A stretch of 32,000 nucleotides of DNA from Cupriavidus necator (GCF_016127575.1 NZ_CP066018.1:3660001-3692000); one strand, 5' to 3'. Counted from the stretch's first letter, positions 6,912 through 16,194 are shown. Numbers and translations are program-made. The notes: a model not told the origin generated them from the letters alone.

Positions 6912-7700
6912 TTACCGCCGTGCGACCGCGTGGCGCACGACATTGGAGAGGGCCTCGCGCACGATCTGCACGATATGGAACTCTTCGTTGGCACTGAGCT
7001 GGCAGCCCTTGAGCCGGTTGTCCAGCGTCATGGCCACGCTGCTGCGCGCGCCATACTCATCAAGGGCCTCCTCCAGCGCCGCGGCCAGGCCCTGCACATT
7101 GATCTGCGTGCGGAACGTCGTGATCAGTTCGCGCAGCTTGCGATAGGCGCCGTTCAGGCCGTCGCGCAGTTCTTCCGCGGTCGCCTCCAGGCCCTCGTGC
7201 GCGTCCCCTCGGTCGGCCAGGGTCTGCAGGCGGCTGACCTAGGACAGCGACTGCGCCAGCGAGTCGTGCAGTTCGCGCGCCATGGCCGTGCGCTCCTCGA
7301 TCAGCGCTACCCGGCGCCCTGCCTGCATGCGCCGGAAGTTGCCGATCGCCAGGGAGGCCGCGGCCACCAACCGGCGCGCGCCGCGCCGGCCTGCCGCCGC
7401 CGCGGTGCCGCGCCCCGGCGTTGGCCCGATCCCGCCCCTCCACGACTACCGTGCGCTGATCGACGGTCTCGAGGACATCGTCTTCGAGACCGACGCGGAG
7501 GCTGCCTTTGAGTCCGCGTCGCACCGGGGTAACCCGGCCGTCCTGCACCATCTGCAACTTCAACGTAGGCACGCCGCTGGTGGTGGCGATCGAGGCGTGG
7601 CCACAGTTATTGCGCAAGGAACTGATGGGGTAGCCGCGGTCGAGCAATAACAGGTCGTCGGATTGTAGGCACGTCGGATCTGACACAAGGACGGCATGCG
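6912..7700 (-). pseudogene. sensor histidine kinase remnant (GAF-like region + HisKA_3 + partial HATPase)
   Basis: ..LVAAASLAIGNFRRMQAGRRVALIEERTAMARELHDSLAQSLS*VSRLQTLADRGDAHEGLEATAEELRDGLNGAYRKLRELITTFRTQINVQGLAAALEEALDEYGARSSVAMTLDNRLKGCQLSANEEFHIVQIVREALSNVVRHAVARR*. The H-box (ARELHDS) and N-box (EALSNVVRHA) are present. There is an in-frame TAG at 7239-7241 and a frame change near 7420-7445, and the ATP-lid boxes are missing after 6912. Confidence 0.65.
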
Positions 7701-7743
7701 ATGAGCTGCCTGGTCGAGGTGTCGCGCGAGCCGTAGCGGGCGG

Positions 7744-8667
7744 CTACTGGCCGCCCTGCGCAAACATCGGCATGTCCCGCAGGATATGTTCGAGCAGCTT
7801 GAGCGCCGCCGCCGGTAGCGGCCGCCCGGCCTTGGCCAGCACGCGCGCCTGGGTGCCCCTGAACAGCGGATGATCGATGGGCACCACCGTGAGCGTTCCG
7901 GCAGCGATTTCGCGATACGCGGCGAACTCGCCGCCGATCAGCGTCATGTAGTTTTCGTAGGTAACAAACTGCTTGAGCGCCGTCAGTGAATTGGTGACCA
8001 GCGTCGGCCGGATCCTAATGTTCTCCGCGAATTCGAGCATCTTGGCGGCGTGCCCGACGCCGAATGACGCCGGCATCATGGCCAGCGGCCAGGACAAGAT
8101 GTCCTTGGCGCTGGCCGCGCCGCCACGCAATGCCAAGGGATGGTCGGGCCGCACCAGCAGGCCGACCGGCTGCGACGAACTCGCCAGATACTCGATGCGC
8201 GGATGTGGTGGCGGATTGAAGGCAAGTCCGATGTGCGCGCGACTTTCGGCCACGGCGTCGAGCACCTGATCCACGCCGAGGATCTCCATGCCGATGTCGA
8301 GCAGCGGGTACTGCGCACAGAACGGCGCTAGCACCTCATTGACCAGTGCATCGACGTACCCCTCGCTCAGGACCACCTGGACCTGCCCCTGCCGCAGACC
8401 CTTGAGGGCATGGAGCTGGTCCTCAAGCTTCTCCTGATGTGACCGGTAGTCGCGCCAGAACTCAAGCAGATGCGCGGCGGCCTCGGTCGGCCTGACGCCA
8501 CGCGCCTCTCGCTCGAACAGCGTCGTGCCAAGTTCGTCCTCGAGCAGCCGGATCTGCCGGGTGATCACCGATGGCGATGTGTTGAGATTCTCCGCAGCGC
8601 CTCGAATGGTGCCTTGCTCGAGCACTTCGCGGAAGTAGCGCAGCCGCTGCTGATTGATTTCACGCAT
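7744..8667 (-). CDS. LysR-family transcriptional regulator
   Basis: The preferred start is ATG 8667 ([53 protein letters not shown], a LysR HTH), followed by a typical substrate-binding domain. Divergent from the downstream operon. Confidence 0.9.
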   Translation of the reverse strand: MREINQQRLRYFREVLEQGTIRGAAENLNTSPSVITRQIRLLEDELGTTLFEREARGVRPTEAAAHLLEFWRDYRSHQEKLEDQLHALKGLRQGQVQVVLSEGYVDALVNEVLAPFCAQYPLLDIGMEILGVDQVLDAVAESRAHIGLAFNPPPHPRIEYLASSSQPVGLLVRPDHPLALRGGAASAKDILSWPLAMMPASFGVGHAAKMLEFAENIRIRPTLVTNSLTALKQFVTYENYMTLIGGEFAAYREIAAGTLTVVPIDHPLFRGTQARVLAKAGRPLPAAALKLLEHILRDMPMFAQGGQ

Positions 8668-8714
8668 GTCGAACCATCCACTTGGTCGATGACAGACTTT
8701 ACACCATACCGATG

Positions 8715-8733
8715 CGTTGCCCTGAAGGCAACG
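8715..8733. promoter_or_regulatory. inverted repeat CGTTGCC-N5-GGCAACG (T-N11-A-like) in the LysR/MFS divergent region
   Basis: Read directly. It lies 48 bp from the LysR start and about 95 bp upstream of the MFS start, which fits the usual LysR autoregulatory/activation site architecture. Confidence 0.35.
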
Positions 8734-8826
8734 AAGTGTGGACATGGTTGCTGTTGGAGATTGCCATTGTCGCTGGCACTATCCGATCCATCAACGCGGT
8801 ACACATAAAAGACATTGGAGACTGGC

Positions 8827-10113
8827 GTGCTGGCGATCCCGAGAGAAAGCGCAGTAGACGGCACCTCTGCCCTCTACAACAAGATCAACTGGCGGCTAAT
8901 GCCATTCCTGCTGATCTGCTACCTGTTCGCCTACCTCGATCGCGTCAACATCGGCTTTGCGAAGCTTCAGATGCAAGGCGACCTCGGTTTCTCCGATGCC
9001 GCATATGGCGTGGGCGCGGGGATCTTCTTTATCGGCTACGTGCTGTTCGAGATACCGAGCAACCTGGTGCTGCCGCGCATTGGCGCACGCAAGACCTTCA
9101 GCCGCATCCTCGTACTCTGGGGCATCACCTCGGCCTGCATGCTGTTCGTGCGCAACGTGCCGATGTTCTACGCCATGCGTTTCCTGCTCGGCATCTTCGA
9201 AGCAGGCTTTGCACCGGGCATGATCTACTACCTGTCCTGCTGGTACGGGCCGCAGCGCATGGCGCGCGCCATTGCGATCGTGTTCCTTGCCGGCCCGCTC
9301 GGCGGCATTGTCGGCGGCCCGGTCTCGGCATGGCTAATCACCGCGCTCTCAGGCACCGGTGGCCTGGCCGGCTGGCAATGGATGTTCCTGGTCGAAGGCC
9401 TGCCCTGCGTCCTGCTCGGCGTGCTCGCCCTGTATTTCGTGCCGAACCGTCCCGCCGACGCCGCCTGGCTCACCGAGCAGGAAAAGCGCCTGCTCGCCAA
9501 CGAAATCGGATCCAGCGCGGCGCACAATCATTCCTTCCTGGCCGTGGCTCGCGATGTCCGGGTCTATGTGCTGGCCCTGGCGTACTTCTGCATCATCGCC
9601 GCGATCTATGCGATCAGCTTCTGGCTGCCGACCTTCATCAAGGCCCAGGGCGTGAACGACACCGTGCAACTCGGCTGGTACTCGGCCCTGCCCTATGTCG
9701 CCGCGGCCTTCGGCATGTACTACATGGGCCGGCGCTCGGACCGGGTCGGGGAGCGCCGTTTCCACAGTGCCGTGCCCGCAACCGTCGGCGGATTGCTGCT
9801 CGCCGCGTCCATCCTCGTCGACGGCAATCTTGCGGCATCGCTGATGTTGCTCACGCTCGGTACCTGCGCGCTGTGGATGACCTACACGGTGTTCTGGGCC
9901 ATGCCTTCCGAATACATCAAGGGCCCGGCGGCCGCAGGCGGCATCGCACTGATCAACACGATCGGGCTATCGGGCGGCTTCTGGGGCCCGGCCATCATTG
10001 GATGGGCCAAGACCGCCACCGGCAACCTTCACCTCGGTGTGCTGATCCTGGCCGCGCTGCCAATCATCGCCGCACTGATCATCCTTGCCAACAAGCTGCC
10101 CGCGAAGCGGTAA
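8827..10113 (+). CDS. MFS transporter, anion:cation symporter (ACS) family
   Basis: ACS-type N-terminal signature (YLDRVNIGFAKLQMQGDLGFSDAAYGVGAGIFFIGYVLFEIPSN) and 12 hydrophobic segments. The start is either TTG 8815 (track) or in-frame GTG 8827, which has GGAG at 8817-8820. Confidence 0.9.
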   Translation: MLAIPRESAVDGTSALYNKINWRLMPFLLICYLFAYLDRVNIGFAKLQMQGDLGFSDAAYGVGAGIFFIGYVLFEIPSNLVLPRIGARKTFSRILVLWGITSACMLFVRNVPMFYAMRFLLGIFEAGFAPGMIYYLSCWYGPQRMARAIAIVFLAGPLGGIVGGPVSAWLITALSGTGGLAGWQWMFLVEGLPCVLLGVLALYFVPNRPADAAWLTEQEKRLLANEIGSSAAHNHSFLAVARDVRVYVLALAYFCIIAAIYAISFWLPTFIKAQGVNDTVQLGWYSALPYVAAAFGMYYMGRRSDRVGERRFHSAVPATVGGLLLAASILVDGNLAASLMLLTLGTCALWMTYTVFWAMPSEYIKGPAAAGGIALINTIGLSGGFWGPAIIGWAKTATGNLHLGVLILAALPIIAALIILANKLPAKR

Positions 10114-10125
10114 CAAGGAGTCGTC

Positions 10126-10875
10126 ATGCTTCTACATCTCTCCACCTGGTCCGAAATCGAGCAGTTCCTCAAGCGCAGCCGCACGATCGTCGTGCCGATC
10201 GGCTCCAACGAACAGCACGGTCCCACAGGGCTGCTGGGTACGGACTGGCTGTGTCCCGAAATCATTGCGCGTGAATCGGAAAAATCCGCCGATATCCTCG
10301 TGGCCCCCACGTTTAACATCGGCATGGCACAGCATCACCTCGGCTTTCCCGGCACCATCTCGCTGCGCCCGTCGACGTTCATCGCCGCGATCGGCGACTG
10401 GACCCGCTCGCTGGTGGTGCATGGTTTCGAAAAGATCCTGTTCCTGAACGGCCATGGCGGCAATGTCTCGTCGATTGATGCCGCGTTCTCCGAGCTGTAC
10501 GCCGAAGCAAGCTTTGCGCGTCGTCGTGCCGGCTTCGCACTGAAAGTCTGCAACTGGTGGGATCTCGAAGGTGTGGGCGAACTGGCACGAGACCAGTTCC
10601 CGACCGGCCACGGCTCACATGCCACACCTTCGGAAATTGCGATCACGCAGTACGCCTTTCCCGATTCGGTCAAGTCGGCCGACTATGCCCCGCCCATTGC
10701 GCCGACCGGCCCGATCCGCGAAGCCCTCGACTTCCGGGCCCGCTTCCCGGACGGACGCATCGGTTCCGATCCAGGCCTGGCAACGCGCGAGAAAGGCCGC
10801 GCACTGGTCGAACTGGCCGCGCAGTCCCTGGTGCGGGAACTCGAGGCCTTCGGCCGCGAACCGATGCCGGACTGA
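10126..10875 (+). CDS. creatininase-family cyclic amidohydrolase
   Basis: PIGSNEQHGPTGLLGTDW and FLNGHGGN metal-ligand motifs of the creatinine amidohydrolase family. AAGGAG at 10115-10120. 12-bp gap after the MFS stop. Confidence 0.9.
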   Translation: MLLHLSTWSEIEQFLKRSRTIVVPIGSNEQHGPTGLLGTDWLCPEIIARESEKSADILVAPTFNIGMAQHHLGFPGTISLRPSTFIAAIGDWTRSLVVHGFEKILFLNGHGGNVSSIDAAFSELYAEASFARRRAGFALKVCNWWDLEGVGELARDQFPTGHGSHATPSEIAITQYAFPDSVKSADYAPPIAPTGPIREALDFRARFPDGRIGSDPGLATREKGRALVELAAQSLVRELEAFGREPMPD

Positions 10876-10952
10876 AACCGGCCCGCCGGCGCCACATGAC
10901 TCGCGATGACTCCCCGTGGCGCCAGTCATCTTGCCCTCCATCGACAAGCATC

Positions 10953-11417
10953 ATGCAATCACACGATATCCACCAAAGACTAAAAGCACTCGATATCGAG
11001 CTGTCCCCCGCAGGCGCGCCGGCTGCCGCGTACGTCATGAGCGCGCAGAGCGGCAACCTTGTCTACCTCTCCGGCCACATTGCGAAGAAGAACGGCAACG
11101 TGTGGGTTGGCAAGCTCGGCGCCACGATGTCGGCGGACGAGGGGCGCGCAGCGGCCCGCGCGGTCGCGATCGATCTGCTGTCGACGCTACAGGCCCACAC
11201 CGGCGACCTGAATCGCGTCAAACGCATCGTCAAGGTCATGAGCCTGGTCAATTCAACGCCCGACTTCACCGAGCAGCATCTGGTCACCAACGGCGCATCG
11301 GAGCTGTTCGTCGACGTGTTCGGCGATGCCGGCAAACATGCACGGTCGGCATTTGGTGTCGCACAGATTCCGCTGGGAGCCTGCGTGGAGATCGAAGTCT
11401 GCGTCGAACTGGACTGA
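10953..11417 (+). CDS. RidA/YjgF-family (reactive intermediate/imine deaminase-like) protein
   Basis: 154 aa: ..AAYVMSAQSGNLVYLSGHIAKK..GKLG..DEGRAAARAVAIDLLSTL..VKVMSLVNSTPDF..HARSAFGVAQIPLGACVEIEVCVELD. This is the typical RidA-fold pattern. The track ORF is extended N-terminally through a non-homologous stretch. Confidence 0.88.
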   Translation: MQSHDIHQRLKALDIELSPAGAPAAAYVMSAQSGNLVYLSGHIAKKNGNVWVGKLGATMSADEGRAAARAVAIDLLSTLQAHTGDLNRVKRIVKVMSLVNSTPDFTEQHLVTNGASELFVDVFGDAGKHARSAFGVAQIPLGACVEIEVCVELD

Positions 11418-11519
11418 GGCATCAGATCAAATCAAACATCGCGTGCAGATGAACTCTCAAGGTTCTTCAGCGCGGTAACCAGTGCACACCCGAAGCCACA
11501 CAACCAGGCAAGCAGCCAG

Positions 11520-12794
11520 ATGAACGCCCCCACTCCGTCCTCCTCTCTTACCCCCGTCGGTCCCCGCATCAACAGCGAGCGGCTCTGGGAACATGTCTGC
11601 GCCATGGCAAGGATCGGCGCCACGGCCAAAGGCGGTGTCAACCGCCAGGCGCTCACCGCGGAAGACACCCAGGGCAAGATGTTATTGCTCCAGTGGGCAT
11701 CCAGGCGAGGCTATCAGACGTCGATTGACCCGATCGGCAATCTGTTCATCCGCCGCCCCGGAAGGAATCCGGGCCTCAGTCCGGTATTGACGGGTTCACA
11801 TCTTGACTCCCAGCCGACCGGAGGCAGATTCGACGGTGTCTACGGCGTGCTTGCCGGTTTCGAGGTACTCGAGACGCTTGACGATCACGGCATTGAGACC
11901 GAACGCCAGATCGAGCTCGTTGTGTGGATGAACGAGGAGGGATCAAGGTTCCCCCCCCCCACGATGGGCTCCGCCGTTGCGGCCGGCGCGCTGCCGCTGG
12001 CCGACGCATTGGCCATCAAGGACGTCAGCGGGATCGATGTGGAACGCGCATTGAAGGCCCAGATCGCCGAGTTTCCGGTTCTGGAGGAGCGCCCGCTTGG
12101 TATGAGCGGCTTTGCCTATATCGAAGCCCACATCGAGCAGGGCCCCGTCCTTGAAAACCAGGCATGCGATGTGGGCATTGTCACGGGCATTCAAGGACTT
12201 CATGCCTACGAGATCCAACTGCTAGGCGCCGAGGCCCACGCGGGCACGACACCGCTGCGGCATCGCAAGGATGCATTGGTGGCCGCGACCAAGCTCATCG
12301 GATACATTCGCGCCGCGATAGACGACCCCGAGGATATTCTGCGCTTCACCGTCGGAAGGCTGGAGGTTTATCCGGGATCACCCAACACCGTGCCAGGCAG
12401 GGTGACATTCAATATCGATCTGCGGCATCCCGACCCCGATTCCCTCCGGCGTGCCGGCGAGACGATCCTTCAACTTTGCGCTGGCGAGATCGAAGGCTGC
12501 CCGGTGTCAGCGAAGGTTCTGTTGAGGTCCACGCCGGTAACGTTCGACGACCGCGTGGTGGCAACCGTGCGCAGGGCCGCAGGCGGTCGGGCCATGAAAT
12601 TCCTGAACATCGTTTCCGGCGCGACTCACGACGCCAAGTACACCGCACAACATATTCCCACTGGGATGATTTTCGTGCCTTGCGAAAAGGGTATCAGCCA
12701 CAACGAGGCCGAGAACGCGCGCGAAGTCGATGTCGCGGCTGGGGCGCAAGTTCTCTGCGACGCCATCCTCGCGATCATGTCGGAACAACTATAA
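11520..12794 (+). CDS. M20-family Zn hydrolase of the N-carbamoyl-amino-acid / allantoate amidohydrolase type
   Basis: INSERLWEHVCAMARIGATAKGGVNRQALT..VLTGSHLDSQPTGGRFDGVYGVLAGFEVLETL..VVWMNEEGSRF..MGS..IEAHIEQGPVLE.. are hallmark blocks of AmaB/AllC/HyuC-type amidohydrolases. Confidence 0.9.
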   Translation: MNAPTPSSSLTPVGPRINSERLWEHVCAMARIGATAKGGVNRQALTAEDTQGKMLLLQWASRRGYQTSIDPIGNLFIRRPGRNPGLSPVLTGSHLDSQPTGGRFDGVYGVLAGFEVLETLDDHGIETERQIELVVWMNEEGSRFPPPTMGSAVAAGALPLADALAIKDVSGIDVERALKAQIAEFPVLEERPLGMSGFAYIEAHIEQGPVLENQACDVGIVTGIQGLHAYEIQLLGAEAHAGTTPLRHRKDALVAATKLIGYIRAAIDDPEDILRFTVGRLEVYPGSPNTVPGRVTFNIDLRHPDPDSLRRAGETILQLCAGEIEGCPVSAKVLLRSTPVTFDDRVVATVRRAAGGRAMKFLNIVSGATHDAKYTAQHIPTGMIFVPCEKGISHNEAENAREVDVAAGAQVLCDAILAIMSEQL

Positions 12795-12983
12795 CCCGTT
12801 CCAACGTCCATATCGACCCCGGCACGCCGCACACTGGCAGCCATCGGACACACGGCCACCGTGAAGTGTTTGTCGACACGAAGCGAAGTTGCCAGGCGAT
12901 GACGCCAGAACCATTTCGGCCACGGATGCCGGCGCCGCTGCGCACCGTGGCGACGCCATACACACCAATCAAAGGAGAGGTCT

Positions 12984-14330
12984 GTGTCTCAAAAGGACCA
13001 AAATTCGGGGAGCGGGGCCGACCGTGCGTCCCTCGATCGAAAAGTAGATATGCGCCTGCTGCCACTGCTGTTCATCGGCTTCATGTTCGCCTATCTGGAC
13101 AGAGTCAACGTAGGCTTTGCAAAGCTTCAGATGCAGAGCGACCTCGGCTTCTCCGACGCCGCCTACGGCATCGGGGCAGGAATATTTTTCGTGGGCTATG
13201 TCCTGTTCGAGGTACCAAGCAATCTCTTGCTGCCCAAGGTTGGCGCCCGGCTTACCTTCAGCCGAATCATGGTGCTCTGGGGTATTACCTCGATGTGCAT
13301 GGTGTTCGTCAAAAGCGTCCCGGTGTTCTACGCCCTGCGCTTTCTGCTGGGCGTCTTCGAAGCCGGCTTCGCGCCGGGCGTCCTGTTCTACCTGTCGCGC
13401 TGGTATGGTCCGAGCCGCATCGCCGGCGCAATTTCGATGGTTTGGCTTGCGGGTCCTTTCAGCGGAATTGTGGGCGGGCCGCTGTCGGCGTGGATCATGA
13501 CGGCCTTCGCCGGTACGGCCAGCCTCGCAGGTTGGCAATGGATGTTTCTCATTGAAGGCGCCCCAACCCTCGTGCTTGGCGTCGCGGCCTACTTCCTGCT
13601 CGTCGATGACCCATCCAACGCGAAATGGCTCAACGACACGGAGAAGCGCGCGCTAGCCGCGGAAACGAACACGGCTACAGACCGGCGGCACGAATCGTTT
13701 CTCATGGTACTGCGTGATCCCAAGGTGTACATCCTCGCGGTAGCCTATCTGTGCATCATCGCGCCGATCTACGCCTTGAGCTTCTGGCTGCCGACGATCA
13801 TCAAATCCGCCGGCGTCACCAGCACACAGACCCTCGGTTGGTATGCGGCGATTCCTTATGTGGCAGCGGCGTTTGCCATCTTCTTCGGCGGCCGCAGCTC
13901 CGACAGGCGTCAAGAGCGTCGAATCCACATCGCCGTGCCGGCTGCCATAAGCAGTCTTTGCTTCATTGCCTGGTACCTCGCCGACGGCAATCTCGCAGTG
14001 ACACTGGTATGCGTTACCGTCGCTACCGGCCTGATGTGGATGGCCAACATCGTCTTTTGGGCGATTCCGCCCGCGTACATCAAGGGCAACGCACGAGCAG
14101 GAGCCATTGCCCTGATCAATACGATTGGCCTGTCTGGCGGCTTCTTCGGCCCAACCATCATCGGTTGGTCGAAATCCGTGAGCGGCAGCATCTACCCCGG
14201 GTTCCTGCTGATGGCGGCGATGTTGCTGATGTGTGCATTCATCATCATGTTCCTGCGCCTGAAGCCCAGGGGCGATACTGCGCCTCGCCACGAGTCGCCC
14301 ATGCCGGCCAGCGTGCGTCAAGCGAAGTAA
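12984..14330 (+). CDS. MFS transporter, ACS family (paralog of 8827-10113)
   Basis: GTG 12984 is preceded by AAAGGAGAGG (12971-12980). The sequence is collinear with the first ACS permease (YLDRVNVGFAKLQMQSDLGFSDAAYGIGAGIFFVGYVLFEVPSN..). Confidence 0.9.
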   Translation: MSQKDQNSGSGADRASLDRKVDMRLLPLLFIGFMFAYLDRVNVGFAKLQMQSDLGFSDAAYGIGAGIFFVGYVLFEVPSNLLLPKVGARLTFSRIMVLWGITSMCMVFVKSVPVFYALRFLLGVFEAGFAPGVLFYLSRWYGPSRIAGAISMVWLAGPFSGIVGGPLSAWIMTAFAGTASLAGWQWMFLIEGAPTLVLGVAAYFLLVDDPSNAKWLNDTEKRALAAETNTATDRRHESFLMVLRDPKVYILAVAYLCIIAPIYALSFWLPTIIKSAGVTSTQTLGWYAAIPYVAAAFAIFFGGRSSDRRQERRIHIAVPAAISSLCFIAWYLADGNLAVTLVCVTVATGLMWMANIVFWAIPPAYIKGNARAGAIALINTIGLSGGFFGPTIIGWSKSVSGSIYPGFLLMAAMLLMCAFIIMFLRLKPRGDTAPRHESPMPASVRQAK

Positions 14331-14481
14331 ATTCCTATGGCTAGTGATCCGCCTGCCACTAGGCAATCGACTATGAAGCAGCCGGGGGGCGATGCGGGAC
14401 AACCTCCTTCATTGCCTGCGGTCAGACACGCAACCCTTGCGATGCGCGCTCTCCCGATGTCTCCCTGAAAGAGAACGTCAC

Positions 14482-15963
14482 ATGAAACTCGCCGAATACA
14501 CCGCCCTTGACGGCATGGGGCTGCATCACCTCATCGCCACGCGAGAAGTGACCGCAATGGAAGTGGCGCTAGCCGCATTGGCTGCCATCGAGGCCGTCAA
14601 TCCCCAAGTAAATGCTGTGCTCGATTACTGGCCCGAAGAGGTGGAGATACAGTCAGCTGGCATCGTGAGTGTCGATCCGAGACCCCTAGGTGGCGTGCCA
14701 TTTCTCCTCAAGGATCTCGGCGTCACCATGCAGGGACGCAGGAGCGAAATGTGCAGTCGCCTGGCGATGGGAACCGTCGCAAAGGAAGACTCGTACGTAA
14801 TGACGAGCTTCCGTCAGGCAGGCCTGATTACGCTCGGGCGAACAACCATGCCAGAACTGGCGGTTAGCACGACGACGGAACCCGTGCTGTACGGCCCGAC
14901 GAGAAATCCCTGGAGTCTGCAGCATGGCGCGGGCGGATCGAGCGGCGGTGCGGGAGCGGCGGTGGCCGCCGGTATCGTTCCGATTGCGCATGCGACGGAC
15001 GGCGGCGGATCGATACGGGTGCCGGCCGCCTGCAACGGGCTGTTCGGTCTGAAGCCGACCAGGGGACGCGTGTCGAACGGGCCCCACGTGGACGAAGTAT
15101 GGAACGGGCTGGGCGTGCATTTTGCCGTGAGCCGAACGGTGCGCGATAGTGCAGCGCTGCTTGATGGCATCCACGGCGGCGGCGTGGGCGAGCCCTACTA
15201 CATTGCCCCACCCAAAGACAGCTATCTGTCGGAGATCCGACAGCAGCCGGGAAATCTGAAGATCGGGTTCATGATGAATCCATTCAGTGCCGCGCGTACT
15301 GACACGGGGGTTGCGGATGCCTTGAGCAAGGTGGCCAGGACACTCGAGTCCCTGGGTCATCATGTCCATGAAGTAGCGCCAGACTTAGGTGTGAGCTGGG
15401 ACGCATTTGTGCAATGCAATGCGAAAATCTGGGCTGCCAACGCAGCGCTCCGGATCAACGACATTGCCGCAGCCACGGGACGAACAGTGGATGAAAAGCA
15501 CCTCGAACCGGCAACGCTCGCGCTCTATCGATACGGCATTGAGGTTGGCGCCGTAGAGCTCCTGTCGGCATTGCAGGTCAGGAATACCGTCACACGGGCG
15601 CTGGGGCGGTTCTTCGGAAACTACGACATTCTGCTGACACCGACGTTACCCAGACTTCCGCCTCGGATTGGTGAATACAACCGGATAGGAACATCCGTCG
15701 ATGGGCTTGACTGGATTGCGCACGTTCTTAGCCAGTCACCGTTTACCGCGTTATCGAACGTGACGGGAACGCCAGCAATGTCAGTGCCGCTTTCCATCGA
15801 CCCTCAATCGGATCTGCCAATCGGCTCGCATTTTATGTCTGGCTTCGGGCGGGAGCACACGCTGTTCCGTCTGGCCGCACAATTGGAAGCGGCATGTCCT
15901 TGGCGCGAACGGCGGCCACCGGTATGGGCAGGATCAATCGTCAACACGACGTCGCAACCGTAG
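14482..15963 (+). CDS. amidase-signature (AS) family amidase
   Basis: ATG 14482 (MKLAEYTALDG..). AS signature: GGVPFLLKD..GRTTMPELA..NPW..GAGGSSGGAGAAVAAGIVPIAHATDGGGSIRVPAACNGLFGLKPTRGRVS. Confidence 0.9.
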   Translation: MKLAEYTALDGMGLHHLIATREVTAMEVALAALAAIEAVNPQVNAVLDYWPEEVEIQSAGIVSVDPRPLGGVPFLLKDLGVTMQGRRSEMCSRLAMGTVAKEDSYVMTSFRQAGLITLGRTTMPELAVSTTTEPVLYGPTRNPWSLQHGAGGSSGGAGAAVAAGIVPIAHATDGGGSIRVPAACNGLFGLKPTRGRVSNGPHVDEVWNGLGVHFAVSRTVRDSAALLDGIHGGGVGEPYYIAPPKDSYLSEIRQQPGNLKIGFMMNPFSAARTDTGVADALSKVARTLESLGHHVHEVAPDLGVSWDAFVQCNAKIWAANAALRINDIAAATGRTVDEKHLEPATLALYRYGIEVGAVELLSALQVRNTVTRALGRFFGNYDILLTPTLPRLPPRIGEYNRIGTSVDGLDWIAHVLSQSPFTALSNVTGTPAMSVPLSIDPQSDLPIGSHFMSGFGREHTLFRLAAQLEAACPWRERRPPVWAGSIVNTTSQP

Positions 15964-16007
15964 CAGCCACTATCCAGGCAGCACGTGGCGGGATCACAGC
16001 TTTATTG

Positions 16008-16194
16008 TCGCCGTCGTGGCACTTTTGGCACGGTGTACGAAAGTCTTTTGAGCATTACAACGAGCAGCACCCCCACAGTGCGTTACCGCCCACCGAGAGA
16101 GTTCAGGCGCAGAATGGGGTTATCAACCAAAGGGGTGTCCGTGTCCGGAGACCCAGGGAAAATCCACTCAGTCGGGCTCACGGGCGCCCTCTAA
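16008..16194 (+). pseudogene. C-terminal remnant of an IS3/rve-type transposase
   Basis: FWHGVRKSFEHYNEQHPHSAL (16023-16085) is followed, one frame over, by RYRPPREFRRRM. This matches the ..YN..RPHSALgYrpP.eF end motif of integrase-core transposases. No catalytic part lies upstream (the amidase stop is at 15963). Confidence 0.5.

Noticed and set aside
7430-7520. Plus-strand PAS-like start (HDYRALIDGLEDIVFETDAE) inside the kinase remnant
   Set aside because: The similarity stops after about 20 residues, and the plus-strand frame then becomes low-complexity and terminates. The minus strand continues in register with the HisKA_3/HATPase remnant. I keep this only as a caveat on strand assignment of the 7440-7700 part.
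8682-10274. 530-aa plus-strand ORF overlapping the first ACS permease in another frame. Similar cases are 12164-13555, 17271-18410, 22918-23619 and 28896-31352 upstream of 29415.
   Set aside because: These are alternative-frame artefacts of high-GC coding sequence (strings of R/P/A/G). In each case the overlapping frame carries the recognisable protein family.
14341-14362. Small hairpin CTAGTG-N10-CACTAG after the second permease gene
   Set aside because: It has a 6-bp stem, a large loop and no U tract. This is insufficient for a terminator or attenuator call.
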